A stretch of DNA of 63,844 nucleotides, filler included, from Octopus bimaculoides (GCF_001194135.2; 6 parts of 6 records of this genome joined end to end with filler, not necessarily neighbours in it), one strand, 5' to 3'. Positions 1-13,800 are shown, counted from the first letter of the whole stretch. The notes: generated by a model from the letters alone, not told the origin. Translations and numbers: made by a program.

Positions 1-21
1 GTGTGTATGTGTGTGTGTGTA

Positions 22-52
<31 letters not shown>

Positions 53-175
53 ATATGTGTGTGTGTGGGTGTTTTATCCATGTGTGCGCACAGGGTATGC
101 ATCGCTCCTCCGATGCCTTTTTCATTTTTTTTTTTTTCATTGTAGTTGAACTTGGTCTATTCATGCTGTCTTAGG

Positions 176-322
176 CAAGCATGCACAACCTTTTTTCAAG
201 AACCAGGGTGCATGAAACGTGGCTCATTATTAGGCGGATCGCACAACTAAAACAATTTAAGGTAAATTTTCTCTGGAAGAGTCGAGCAGACAGTCCTGCG
301 GGACGCAGGTTGCCTATGACTG
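176..322. mobile_element. hAT-type MITE
   Basis: Imperfect TIRs caagcatgcacaacc / ggttgcctatgactg; 8-bp flanks gtcttagg (168-175) and atcttagg (323-330) match 7/8, as expected for a hAT TSD. Confidence 0.6.
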
Positions 323-1288
323 ATCTTAGGTTACATCATTGTTAACATTAACGTTGTTATTGTAGTACTATTTTCTCTTTAGTTTACGAACAAGATAGTT
401 ACTCTGTGTAAATTTTCATGATTCACTTATAAAAACCAGTTTACGTGTGATAATCTATTTAGCTTATTCGTTAAAAGGTTTTGGAATTAAATTTAATTCT
501 GATTTTTGATATTCCACCAACGTTTCAGTTTTTAGTTTAAAAGATTCTCAACAAAATTTAGTGATGATTAAATTTGAAGTTATTCCCAACTTTCTTTTTC
601 TTGTTCTTTAAAACTGATTTACTCCTAAAAATTTTATCACAGCTTGTGCAGTTCGTTACCGTGCAACATTTATAAAGTGNNNNNNNNNNNNNNNNNNNNN
701 NNNNNNNNNNNNNNNNNNNNNNNNNNNNNNNNNNNNNNNNNNNNNNNNNNNNNNNNNNNNNNNNNNNNNNNNNNNNNNNNNNNNNNNNNNNNNNNNNNNN
801 NNNNNNNNNNNNNNNNNNNNNNNNNNNNNNNNNNNNNNNNNNNNNNNNNNNNNNNNNNNNNNNNNNNNNNNNNNNNNNNNNNNNNNNNNNNNNNNNNNNN
901 NNNNNNNNNNNNNNNNNNNNNNNNNNNNNNNNNNNNNNNNNNNNNNNNNNNNNNNNNNNNNNNNNNNNNNNNNNNNNNNNNNNNNNNNNNNNNNNNNNNN
1001 NNNNNNNNNNNNNNNNNNNNNNNNNNNNNNNNNNNNNNNNNNNNNNNNNNNNNNNNNNNNNNNNNNNNNNNNNNNNNNNNNNNNNNNNNNNNNNNNNNNN
1101 NNNNNNNNNNNNNNNNNNNNNNNNNNNNNNNNNNNNNNNNNNNNNNNNNNNNNNNNNNNNNNNNNNNNNNNNNNNNNNNNNNNNNNNNNNNNNNNNNNNN
1201 NNNNNNNNNNNNNNNNNNNNNNNNNNNNNNNNNNNNNNNNNNNNNNNNNNNNNNNNNNNNNNNNNNNNNNNNNNNNNNNNNNNNNNNN

Positions 1289-1364
<76 letters not shown>

Positions 1365-1549
1365 CGTACGTATAAACAGACATACATATATATACATGTA
1401 TACATATATATATAAGTATATCTATATATGTGTGTGTGATGTGTGTGCGTGCGTGTGTGTACGTATGCATGTATGTGTCTGTATCCATATATATATATAT
1501 ATATATATACATTATGTATGTAAGGGTGGATGGATGGTTGGATAGATGT

Positions 1550-2030
1550 AATGTCAGGTCACTTGTGGGGTCAATCGTAAGAACCTAGTACAATCTATAG
1601 CCTGGTCCAACCGTTGGCGACGAAATAGGCTGGCTTGGTGAGGATAGTTTCAAGAAACTCAATACGATTACACGCAAGACCTGTCAAAAAAGAATGGAGG
1701 AATTCAGCATTAGTACGAGCACTTGAGATTCAGGGTTGGTTTACAGCTTGCCAGGAGATGGTCACTCCTAACGTAAAACCGGATATGCAGGGAACGGAAT
1801 AGCTTTGCACATTTTAGGCATCTTTTGCTTGAGATTGACATCATAGTGTTCCCACATTCTTGAGCCTGCGACCCATATTAGTACTAAATATCTAGCTTCG
1901 GCTTGTCACTGGAACATATCAATAGAGTTGAAAGGGTCTGTGAGGTGCTGTGCTTTAGTGAACTTGAAATTTTAGGCAGGTATTGCTTTGTCTCTGATAG
2001 TCATACTTGTCTACGAGGTTACAACCATCC
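1550..2030 (-). mobile_element. Possible highly degenerate LINE (CR1-like) C-terminal fragment
   Basis: Minus-strand fragments NFKFTKAQHLT and KPKLDI loosely resemble the RNF...RPKLEY region of CR1-like ORF2; many stops and frameshifts. Confidence 0.25.
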
Positions 2031-2262
2031 TGCATATATGCATGTATTCATGTAAGTATATATGTATGTGTGTATGCATGTGTGCGTGAATGCATGTATG
2101 AATGTATGTATGCATGTGTGTATGGATGTGTGCCTGCATGTATGTATGTCGGTGTGCATGTATAAATGTATATATGTATACATGCATGCATATATGCATG
2201 CATGTATACATGTAGGTATGCATGTATGCAGATATGTATGTGTGCATGTTTGTATGTATTGA
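2030..2262. repeat. Degenerate (ATGT/ATGC)n microsatellite
   Basis: Direct reading; explains the MYVC/HTYM pseudo-ORFs. Confidence 0.9.
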
Positions 2263-2757
2263 GTGTATATCTGAGGAGCTCACAGGCTTCATGCTTCAAT
2301 TCTGACTGCCATCTGAAAGCTGTGCTTGCCGGAAAAACGAAATAACGAATATCTTTCATTTCTGTGTTTAAACTATTCATAGCTCTGTGTCTTTCTCTGA
2401 AGACAACACAACGATTTGATTTTTAATCTATTAATTTAAATCTGCTCTCTTCCTGGACTGCACAATTATACTGTAATCCTCTTACATTCAGCATTTAAGA
2501 TACACGTAAGTTTGAAACAGTTTGTTTGTAGATATAGAAATAATGTTGTTGATGAATACAAACAAAAATATCCCTTTTACTTCATTTTTCTTTTCTTATT
2601 GGTTTTGTTTTGTTTTTGTGTTTTGTATTTCTATTCCTTTTTAACTCATACTCATTTAAAACGAAAATACCTCGCACAGTTCTCTCCTCTACCATAAAAT
2701 GAATGAAACCAAGCCTATGTACGTGTACACATGCATTGATACATATATACATACATA

Positions 2758-2857
<100 letters not shown>

Positions 2858-3408
2858 GAAAGAAAATGTGTATGAGTGTATTCATGTGTGCTAGACCATT
2901 ATTTGAAGTCAGTAAATATTTCTCACTCGATGCGCGCGCATGCATACACATACACACACACAAACACATACACCACGTACACACACTCACGCAGACTACA
3001 CATACACACTACTCATAATTACACACGCAATGCACACATGCACACACATTTTTTTTTACTTTCTCATTATGTACTCTTTCATGTCCACTCCAACTTTTAA
3101 AAAAAGCCTTGTAATTAAGACAAGTAATCAATATCATTTAATCCTCTTTCGCTATTCAGCAGCGCTTAATCTTCATTAATTAATTAACTAATTAATTAGT
3201 TAAGCTAATATTGGTTTATTAACCGATCGAAATTATCTTCAGTTTATTACTGTTACATATGAATTGCTATCTTATATCCTTATCTGTGATGTCTGAAACC
3301 AACTTTTATCGGCCCAAAGGAGGTGAAAGGCCAAGTGAGATTAGAACTCACCTCTTCTCTTTCACTGCGCTTGTTTAAGTTTAACATTTCTTCTTTTTTT
3401 ACGGTTTA

Positions 3409-3543
3409 GCCATCATATGGCTCGGTCCTTATTTCGATGTAGTGGTTTCTATGTCTTAATAACCCTGTGAGCTATGCCATCATATGGTTCGGTCCTTGTT
3501 TCGGTTTTAGTGGTTTGTATGTCTTAATGACCCCTGGAGTTAC
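3409..3543. repeat. Two-copy ~67-bp tandem repeat
   Basis: Units start gccatcatatgg(c/t)tcggtcctt at 3409 and 3476. Confidence 0.8.
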
Positions 3544-3592
3544 GTCACTGCGCGGCACTTAGCCTCGAGCCAGAAACTGTGGAAGTTCTTCA

Positions 3593-3638
<46 letters not shown>

Positions 3639-4220
3639 TGTACGGGTGTATTTGTGTGTGTGTGTGTCTATATATATACTACCATACATACATTTGGATC
3701 AACTTTCCATATTACAGAACACTTCACTGCATCTTCAAAAACGTCTTCTATGATAATAAGTATCAACTGTTCGGCTTAGGAAAAACTGGTTAGTTGAACG
3801 TTTTAGGAACGATTGTTGAACGTTAATATTGCCTTACCAACACTGATCACTCGAGTATGTAAACCGACGGCTTTACGTCAATTATCCGAGTTACTTCAAT
3901 CTCATATTTTGGTAGCAGGAAGATGGACTATACAACCATACAGTATTCCCATTTTCGACTCCGTTATGAACGATTGTTCTTCCGCTTAAATACAACTGGT
4001 CCTGAATGTATTGAGAACTGTCTTGGTTCTAAAATATTGGCTTGCTTTCCTGTTTTCCACAGCTTTAAGTACATTGGATATGTACATTGTTAGTTGCTTT
4101 TGCTATGTTTGTGTCTTGTGTTTTTTCTTCTTATATCTTACTTGCGCATTAATTAATTATTTATATTTCATTAATTTGTCTTATTGTTCTAGATGTGTTC
4201 TATATTTCATTAACAGTAAA

Positions 4221-4526
4221 GGCGCGTGGCTAAGATATTAGAGTAATGTGCTCCTAATCGTAAGATCGTAAGGTCGTGAGTTCAATACCCGGCAGTAAGT
4301 TATATCTTTGAGCAAGATACTTTATTTCACGTTGTTCTAATCCACTCAGCTGGTAAAAATGAATCGTACCTTTAATTCAACGGCCCAGTTTTGTCACATT
4401 CTGTGACACGCTAAATGTACTCGTGTCTGTGAAGTGCTCAACCACCTGCGCATTAGTTTCACGAGCAGACTGCTCCGTTGATCGGATTAACTGGAAACCT
4501 CAACGTCGTAATCGACGGAATGCCAG
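4221..4526 (+). mobile_element. tRNA-derived SINE (body shared with family C below)
   Basis: Head with degenerate A box and B box gagttcaatac; 3' half (cacgagcagactgctccgttgatcgg...gacggaatgcca) matches the copies at 6425-6807 and 18765-19092. Confidence 0.8.
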
Positions 4527-4906
4527 TTAAATTTTATTAACAAGTTACACATATATCTAACCTATTCCTTTTATCATTATCTCAGTTTATAATTCAGTAA
4601 CTTGTATGTACTACATTCCACTAACCTAGTCTACAGATTGCCTGTTTTCTAGACGGATCGATATTGCAACACGGTGATATTTCTGACTGAAATTAATTTG
4701 TACTGCTTACGCTACTAATACCCATCCATGATGAATATATGACTGCCACAAGATTTCAGTCCTTACAGCCTTAATATAAATTAAGTTTTGTGTTGCTTTC
4801 AAGAGAACTTTTTACTGGTCTGCGGTTTTGTGAGCTTCTGTGTAAGTGTTTTACTTTGTATGTATTGTATGTATTCCTACGTGTCTGTGCCCGCATTTCT
4901 TAATGC

Positions 4907-4948
<42 letters not shown>

Positions 4949-5189
4949 ATGTATGTGTGTATGCATATACGTTAATATGTAGTTTTGTACACGGGTATTT
5001 ATGCTGCGTTTTGATCTGTTTTTATTTGTTGTTTTATTTGTAGTTTTATGCGTATTTTGCGAATATATGTGTATGTATGTAGGTATTTATGCATGTGTGT
5101 ATGTACGTACATACGTACGTACTACGTAAGCATATGTTTGTTTTGTTTCTCTCATTCAATCTCTAACACCCACTTTCTATCTTTCTTTC

Positions 5190-5233
5190 TCTCTTTCTAT
5201 CTTTCTCTATTTTTCAATCTATCAATCTATCTA

Positions 5234-5324
<91 letters not shown>

Positions 5325-5399
5325 CTACCTAACTATCTGTCTATCTATCTATCTATCTATCTATCTATCGGTCTATCTGTCTATCTATCGGTCTATCTG

Positions 5400-5455
<56 letters not shown>
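5190..5455. repeat. Compound (TC)n(TA)n(TCTA)n microsatellite
   Basis: Direct reading. Confidence 0.95.
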
Positions 5456-5734
5456 GATAGCTAGTCAGCTATTTATCTCTCTAACTTTCTCGCCATCTCT
5501 TTTTCCCTTCTATTTCATTCACTCGCTCCCATTGTTTCGGTCTTAGTGATCTCCTTAACAATCAACGACTTCTTCTCCTTCTCATCTTCTTGTAGGGATA
5601 CTCTTCTGCGTATTTACCCAACCAATACCTCACCTCATCACCCCTCCCTTACATCATTCTCTGTCGTCCCAAATTGACAGTTTCAATTAAGACGAAGGTA
5701 AGAATTGTAAGTATATAACAATTTATCAACATAC

Positions 5735-5801
<67 letters not shown>

Positions 5802-6424
5802 ACTATTGATTATTTATCCATTGATACAAAGGATAACCACCTCAAAGCTCACACCACCTACACCACTACCGCCGCCACTCAAAACCTCGAACACAATTAC
5901 GACTGTGAACTCAACCACCACTGATGTCGCCAACACGGCAATCAGCGCCATTAGTAACACCAACCACATGTAAGCATACCTTGCAACATCATCAATACTA
6001 CCACACATACATCATCACCATCATCATCATCATCATCATCACCATCGTCATCGTCATCGTTACTGTCGTCGTGTGTCATGATCATTGTCGTTGTCGTCGT
6101 CGTCATGTGATCATTAACATCATCATCATCATCATCGTCATCATCATCGTCATCATTTTCACTGCAAAGCATCAACTACCACTATCACCACCACCATCAT
6201 CATCATCAACTCCATGAATTCTACCANNNNNNNNNNTTGCAGCCGTCTTCATCACCAAGATATAAGCCAACGTCCCCACCACCACTCACATCTCTGTCCT
6301 CGAACGGGTCTATTATATCCAACAAAACCATCAGTTTGTCCTCCCTGACCAGTATTGCCATCGTGTCCATCGTAGGCACCAACCATCATCATTATATAAC
6401 CAACACACCACCACTACAAGCTTC

Positions 6425-6807
6425 TGTTGGCACTCCGTCGCTTACGACGTCGAGGGTTCCAGTTGATCCAATCAACGGAACAGCCTGCTCGTGAAATTAA
6501 CGTGCAAGTGGCTGAGCACTCCACAGACACGTGTACCCTTAACGTAATTCTTGGGGATATTCAGCGTGACACAGAGTGTGACAAGGCTGGCCCTTTGAAT
6601 TACAGGCACAACAGAAACAGGAAGTAAGAGTGAGAGAAAGTCGTGGTGAAAGAGTACAGCAGGGTTCGCCACCATCCCCTGCCGGAGCCTCGTGGAACTT
6701 TTAGACGTTTTCGCTCAATAAACACTCACAACGCCCGGTCTGGGAATCGAAACCGCGATGTTATGACCGCGAGTCCGCTGCCCTAGCCACTGGGCCATTG
6801 CGCCTCC
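6425..6807 (-). mobile_element. tRNA-derived SINE, family C, full length
   Basis: Minus-strand head ggaggcgcaatggcccagtggctagggcagcggactcgcggtc...ggtttcgattccc has A and B boxes; near-identical second copy at 18765-19092. Confidence 0.9.
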
Positions 6808-7370
6808 ACACTACTACAAGCACACTGCTAATAACAATACCTGCGTGACCACTACAACTGTCATGTCCTTTTGTTGCTTCAGAACATCAGTTCTCGTTTG
6901 ATAACCGAAGTGTTACAGCGTTTGCCAAAAGAAATTTGAAAAAATAATTTCAAATCTTCTTCCGAGTTGCCCGACTTGCGAGAAATACCGTCGAAATTTT
7001 TCTCAGTTACATTTATATTCTCAAGTAATGCTGAATAATTCGAGGACTTGAGTCATGAAGATTTAAAGTTTTAAACTTTAACTTTAAAGTTTTAAAGTTT
7101 TTAGGTTTTAGCTTTTAAAAACTAAAAAAGCTTATTAAGTTTTAAAGTTAGAATTTGTAAACTTTAGACCTTTAAAACCTTGACTCTGAAGCCTTCGAAA
7201 TTTTCGAGATTCTCTCTTTTGCTTTTTTTAATTGTTTCAGTCATTTCCCTGCGGCCATGCTTGGGCACGGCCTTGAAGGGTCTTTAGTGGAACAAATCGA
7301 CCCCAAGCTCAACCTCTACATTATGGGCATGTAAACACACTGACACCAATTGTCAAGCGATAGTGAGGGA

Positions 7371-7407
<37 letters not shown>

Positions 7408-7409
7408 AT

Positions 7410-8270
7410 ATATATAGAGAGGGAGTGCGATGGGTAAATTGTTGCCATTTTATATTTTAAATTTCGTGCATGTGCATAGTTTGTTTTTGATTTTGTCGAC
7501 TACACAGTATAGTAGGGTCAGCTGGGCACCGTCTGTGAGAAGAACAGCACTGTGACGAAATTCACTCTGTCAGAAGTTTGGAAACGACGAAATGCTGTAC
7601 TACTTGGCATTCACGCCGGAAGTTCCAATACGAATATTTCACAGTGTTTGAATGTCAATCTGAAGACATGTATCGGGAGCGATAAAAATCAAACATCCAG
7701 TCAACACCATGGTGTTTGGAGTGATCACTAATGATGGCGACGTTATGCCCTCCATTCATCTTCCCACACAGCCTCAGACTCAACGCGGAGACCTACGTCA
7801 AGTGCCTGGAGGGGGTAGTGCTGCCCTGGATCAAGAGGGTGGCTGCTGGAAGACCCTATGTCTGGCAACAGGAGAACCCAGTCGTGTTTATCAGACAATA
7901 TCTCCGACTACTCTACTCCTGACATCCGGCCACCTAACTCCCCACATTGCAACCCCCTTGATTATTATGTGTGGGGCGCAGTTGAACGAGAGTCTAACAA
8001 AACTCCTTGTAATACCAAAGATGAACTGAAAGCAAGGATTATGGCAGCCTTCACCAACTTAATCAAGGAGACCATCCAGAAGATTTGCAGTCATCTGCAG
8101 GATGTGGTTGAACCCAATGGAGATTTTATTGAATAATTTTTTATTCTTTAGTATTTCAAGATATTTTTATGTAATTTTGGTAACTATATCTGTCAAAACG
8201 AGATATCAGTGCTATTTCCATTTTTGCGTAATTTAAACGACAGTTTATTCACCGCACCCACCTATGTATA
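7410..8270 (+). mobile_element. Tc1/mariner transposon remnant (maT/Bmmar1-like), frameshifted
   Basis: Translations MVFGVITNDGDVM, LNAETYVKCLEGVVLPWIK..YVWQQ and PPNSPHCNPLDYYVWGAVE..NTKDELKARI; weakly similar termini in TA-rich flanks. Confidence 0.85.
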
Positions 8271-8510
8271 TATATATATATATATNNNNNNNNNNNNNNN
8301 NNNNNNNNNNNNNNNNNNNNNNNNNNNNNNNNNNNNNNNNNNNNNNNNNNNNNNNNNNNNNNNNNNNNNNNNNNNNNNNNNNNNNNNNNNNNNNNNNNNN
8401 NNNNNNNNNNNNNNNNNNNNNNNNNNNNNNNNNNNNNNNNNNNNNNNNNNNNNNNNNNNNNNNNNNNNNNNNNNNNNNNNNNNNNNNNNNNNNNNNNNNN
8501 NNNNNNNNNN

Positions 8511-8815
8511 ACCACCACCACCACCACCACCACCACCATCACCATAATCATCATCATCATCATCATCATCAGTATTACCACTGCTACAACTACACCACTG
8601 CCGCTCTCAATATACCCACCACCACTATCGTTATCACCATTGTTATAACCATCATACCTAACTCTAATACCACCATCATAACTACTGCAAACAAACACTA
8701 CTACTACTACTACTATTGGTACCACCACCACCATCGTCGTCATCATTCGCAATATTGTCTTTATTACTGCAACCATCCTACCTCTGTTTTTAGTACCCAC
8801 CACTATAACCATTAA
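8511..8815. repeat. (CAC/CAT/TAC)n low-complexity tract
   Basis: Direct reading; a similar (CAT)n tract lies at 6000-6230. Confidence 0.9.
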
Positions 8816-9589
8816 CTTCTACTTAGCAATTCACCCGGCTATGCAGTGGCAAAAAGCTTCTCGTTAAAAGTACATTGATCGAGGTCCAAGTATGTGTGTC
8901 AAAACATGGCTATTCTTGGATGGTACTGATTAACGGCTGGACGGGATGATGGATGCAGGCTCGCTTACCATTTATCTCTCTCTCCCCCTCTCTCTCCCCC
9001 CTCTCTCTCCCTCCCTCTATCCCCTATCTCTCTCTCTATCTATCTCTTACTTTCTCTCTCTCTGACTCTGTTCTCTACCTGGCTCTTTCGCTCTCTTTCT
9101 CTGTCAATTCCGTTTCCCTTTCTCTTACTTTCTCTCTCTCTCTTCTCTCGCTTTCTCTCTTCCCCTCTCTCTTTTCTCTCTCTCTCTTCATCACTTCCTT
9201 TCTATACACTCACACACGCTCACACACATGCGCAGACACAGGGCCATTACAAAGTCCTTGTAAAATTTTAAATTTGTATAACTTTGTGGCTTAGTGGTTA
9301 GAGTGTTCAGCTCACAATCGTGCTGTGTCCTTGGGCAAGACTTTTTACTTCACATTGCTCCAGTTCACTCAGCTGGCAAAAATGAATGCTACCTGTAGTT
9401 CAAAGGGCCAGCCTTTTCGTTCTTCAACGAAACACTTCATTTCACGTTGCTCCAATTTATTTACCTGTAAATAGATAACTTTGGGACGTACTGGTATCCC
9501 ATTCAAAGAAAAATGTTGTGATATCCGTCTTTTCGTCTTATCGAAGTCGATAAAATAAATACCAGTTGAACACTGGGGTCGATGTGATC

Positions 9590-9790
9590 GAGCTGGCAGA
9601 ATCGTTAGCACACTAGGCAAGATGCTTAGCGGTATTTCGTCCGTCTTTACGTTTTGAGGTCAAATTAGTTGAGGTCGACTTCACCTTTAATCCTTTCAAT
9701 TGAGCACTAAGGTCGATGTAATCGATTAAATCCCCTCCTCAGAAATTTGCTGGCCGTGTGCCAAAATTTGATATCAGTATTACAATGCCT
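9590..9790 (+). mobile_element. tRNA-derived SINE, family A
   Basis: Head gagctggcagaatcgttagca...atgcttagcggtatttcgtcc...gaggtcgactt is shared with more than 15 other copies in the window. Confidence 0.85.
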
Positions 9791-11224
9791 TATTAACTCT
9801 TTAATTCATCCTTTTCGTAGGCTTTTAGTTCCCAGTAGCGAAGCAAGGGAAAAGGAGAGATCCGTCCCGGGTACAACATTTTGTTTAAGCTTGTATAGGC
9901 TTAGTGTTCCAGAGAAGCATCTAATGCAAGGGCTGCCCCGGGTACAACGCACTCAATTTTCATCACTGTTAATCCCTCCGATAACATTTCATAAAAATAG
10001 GAACATTAGGAACATTGCCAGATGTAATACTTCTAAGTGGTTAGTTGTTGGATTGAGCTGATGGAGTTGTTAGTCTGCTTTCGTATGACCAGGATGCATA
10101 ATTTTGTTCACGCATGGGTGAAGTTCATTAATTTTCTATATCAAAATAACCCAAATCTTTTAACGGAGGAAAGAAATTATTTCGTTATGAATCAGAAGCC
10201 ATTTTAAAAATCCAATTTCAAGCGGAAATGTCATTTTTTAATTCCAATTAGGATTCCATTTCGGCCGGAAGCTAAACCATATCAATATAGTTTTATATTT
10301 ATGCCATTGCTATTATTGTTGTTGTTGTTGATGTTGATCAAGTTGTAGATGTTATTATTGTTGTTATTGAAGTGGAAAGCTATTGATCATTGCTGTACAG
10401 ATCAACTCTTTTATATATACATTCCATGGACATTTTTGTCATCAACACTTTCAACACTAATTTCGCTGTTAGCCCATCCAATAAAATGATGCTTTGCAAT
10501 CAATTGCAATAAGGATTTGGGTTTTTAGTATAAACATGTTGGTTTTAGATAATAAGAATAAAAAAAAAGAAAAGATTTTGTGACACTCAAGCCTTTCTCA
10601 ATATGGTCGTTATTGCACGTGTAAAAATAAAAAGCATAATTTTTTTTTTTAATTAGAACCTCGTTGGAATTCGACTTGCTAAGCACCAACGTTGCGAAGG
10701 CGCATGATCTAGTGGTTAAGGTGTTGCGCTAGCGGTCAGGTGTTGAGTGAAGGCGAGAACTGAAAAATTCTAATAGAGATCCACTTTATATATGGATCTA
10801 CGCAAGAAAGAATTGGTAACAAGTTCATTACACAACCATGAGCCCTCGAGTTCAATCTCACAGCGTGGCATTTTAGGGCAAATATCTTTTCATATTTTTT
10901 TCATTTGTTTTACTCATTTGCTGCGGCCGTGCTGGGGCACCGTACCCAGTACTTTTTTTTAGAGACAGGTGGAATAGAGGATTGTACCGATAATTCAAAA
11001 GACCCAGCTTTGTCACATGCCGAATCACACTAATTCACTTGATAATTAGCGCGTTTGTGAAATACTCAATAACAGACACACGCTTCTTCGGTGAGAAGTC
11101 TGCTCCGTTGATCGAACATTTGAAATACTCACCGTCGAAACTGACGAAGATCCTTCCTTTTTTGTCTTAATTTTATACTCACTGAAAGTTAGGTCGGTTC
11201 ATGAGATTATCAGGATTCATACTA

Positions 11225-11485
11225 CCGGGAATAAAATCCGTTTCCATGGTCTATAAGTGACTGAGTTTACAAGACTGCCCCTTCCCCTGAAGGGGACGCC
11301 AGTCCGTCACAGGATTAACTATCCAGGTATTGTTGCAACTCGTTTACAGCTGAGTGGACTGGAGTAACATGAAATGAAATATCTTACCTAAGATCACATC
11401 GCACCACTCGGTCTAGAAATCGAGACCACGATTTTACAATTGGGAGTGCAACGACTTAAACCACTAAGCTATGCACCTTCACACC
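11225..11485 (-). mobile_element. tRNA-derived SINE with cagctgagtggactggag core
   Basis: Reverse-strand tRNA-like head plus core tttacagctgagtggactggag; related copy at about 15480-15725. Confidence 0.7.
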
Positions 11486-12119
11486 TCACTGAAGGTACGA
11501 TAATTTGAAGAGTGTATAAACAGCAATATATCCAGACGTTCTACCATTCCTGCAATTCTGCTGCTCGGTAAAGTCTGTATAGTTTTAAGAATACACATCG
11601 CTTCGAGCTACTAAATTCAAACAAAATTAATCCAATCAGAGATTCTCTTACGTTCAAATTTTGTTTTCCTTTTTGCCAATATTTTTAGCTTTTGTTGAAA
11701 TTATTTTTTAATTACAAAATTAAATTTTAAAAAAAAACAAAAAAAAACATTCCCATTGTAATTTCTTCAATCTAAAATTCTTCTGTGAAAAATCACAGCA
11801 ATAGCAAAAATCGATATTTATTCAACCTCACCCCTCGGAGCGCTCTCTATAGCTTTTCGTTAAGAGTTCTACACCCTCTCTCTCTTTCTCTCTCTCTCTC
11901 TTCTTCTTCTTCTTCTTCCCTTTCTTCTATTGTCTAACCACTCTTTCTCCTTCGTTCACAAATGCATGCTCAACGCATTTACACACTTTCATATTCAAGC
12001 GTACACACACAGACACACTGACACAAACACTCATATACACTTGCAAACATATACATAGTTAAATACACATATTCACACAGCGACACATATACACTTATTC
12101 TCAGTCGCTCGCATACATA

Positions 12120-12178
<59 letters not shown>

Positions 12179-12874
12179 NNNNNNNNNNNNNNNNNNNNNN
12201 NNNNNNNNNNNNNNNNNNNNNNNNNNNNNNNNNNNNNNNNNNNNNNNNNNNNNNNNNNNNNNNNNNNNNNNNNNNNNNNNNNNNNNNNNNNNNNNNNNNN
12301 NNNNNNNNNNNNNNNNNNNNNNNNNNNNNNNNNNNNNNNNNNNNNNNNNNNNNNNNNNNNNNNNNNNNNNNNNNNNNNNNNNNNNNNNNNNNNNNNNNNN
12401 NNNNNNNNNNNNNNNNNNNNNNNNNNNNNNNNNNNNNNNNNNNNNNNNNNNNNNNNNNNNNNNNNNNNNNNNNNNNNNNNNNNNNNNNNNNNNNNNNNNN
12501 NNNNNNNNNNNNNNNNNNNNNNNNNNNNNNNNNNNNNNNNNNNNNNNNNNNNNNNNNNNNNNNNNNNNNNNNNNNNTCCCTCTCTCTCTCCTCACTCTTA
12601 CTTATACACAAACACTCATAAACACTTTTACACATATACGTGAATAAATTAATTCACTCATTCACACACATACATACGTATGTACGCACAAGCACGCACA
12701 AGCACGCACACATACGCACGCATACGGAATCATAACCCTCGCATATCTACATCCTCATGCGTAAGCAAACGCATTCAGAGATAAATGCATACATTTACAA
12801 ACAGACTTTAACACAAACACACATCGTCTGCTCCCTGCTATCTCTCTTTTTCTCAGTCTCTCTCTTTCATTGTC

Positions 12875-12938
<64 letters not shown>

Positions 12939-13405
12939 CCTTTCTCCCTCTGTCTCTTTCTCTCTCACACACACATACACACTGACGCATTTCGGAGAAC
13001 AGCTATACACAAACAATTTCACATACACATATTTACTGTCGGTTACACTCACACACCACAAACACCAATACACTAATACGCACACATATGTACGGACACA
13101 CACATACACAAGCTGGTGGTCGTAAGAGTAGTTTGGCAGCTTTCTTCAATTAAATCGATATACCCTTCCAACTAGTTCATCAGTGATCAATACAGATCGC
13201 TATTTTTTTCAAAACTAATTAATCAAATCAGGTTTTGTGTGCATATGTTTTATTTATTTATTTCATATTTCACCATTTTTGTGACTAGCTCAATTTTTTA
13301 CTGTAGCATTCTATATTTAAAAATTAAAAAGAAAAGCATTTTGCTTGCCCTTGTTCTCATTTCGAAACATCGACCACAAATTTAAATTCACATCCTTGTT
13401 ACATA

Positions 13406-13800
13406 GTGGCTGTGTGGTAAGTAGCTTGCTTACCAACCACATGGTTCCGAGTTCAGTCTCACTGCGTGGCACCTTGGGCAAGTGTCTTCTGCTATAGCCT
13501 CGGGCCGACCAAAGCCTTGTGAGTGGATTTGGTAGACGGAAACTGAAAGAAACACGTCGTATATATGTATATATATATATGTAAATGTGTGTTTGTGTGT
13601 CTGTGTTTGTCTCTCACCATCGCTTGACAACCGATACTGGTGTGTTTACGTCCCCGTAACTTAGCGGTTCGGCAAAAGAGACCGATAGAATAAGTACTAG
13701 GCTTACAAAGAATAAGTCATGGGGTCGATTTGTTCGACTAAAGGCGGTGCTCCAGCATGGCCGCAGTCAAATGACTGAAACAAGTAAAAGAGTAAAAGAG
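13406..13800 (+). mobile_element. tRNA-derived SINE, family B (internal AT/GT microsatellite), full length
   Basis: Head gtggctgtgtggtaagtagcttgcttaccaaccacatggttccgagttcagtc; tail aatgactgaaacaagtaaaagagtaaaagag; many related copies. Confidence 0.9.

Noticed and set aside
558-1512. Long ORFs containing X runs (also at 8.2, 12, 13.8, 17.6, 30.7, 35.3, 48, 53 and 57 kb)
   Set aside because: They are open only because N-gaps and dinucleotide repeats contain no stops.
5814-6217. Hydrophobic, His-rich and Asp-rich ORFs resembling membrane or acidic proteins
   Set aside because: Translations of (CAT/CAC)n tracts; the same applies to 8249-8815 and 58790-58980.
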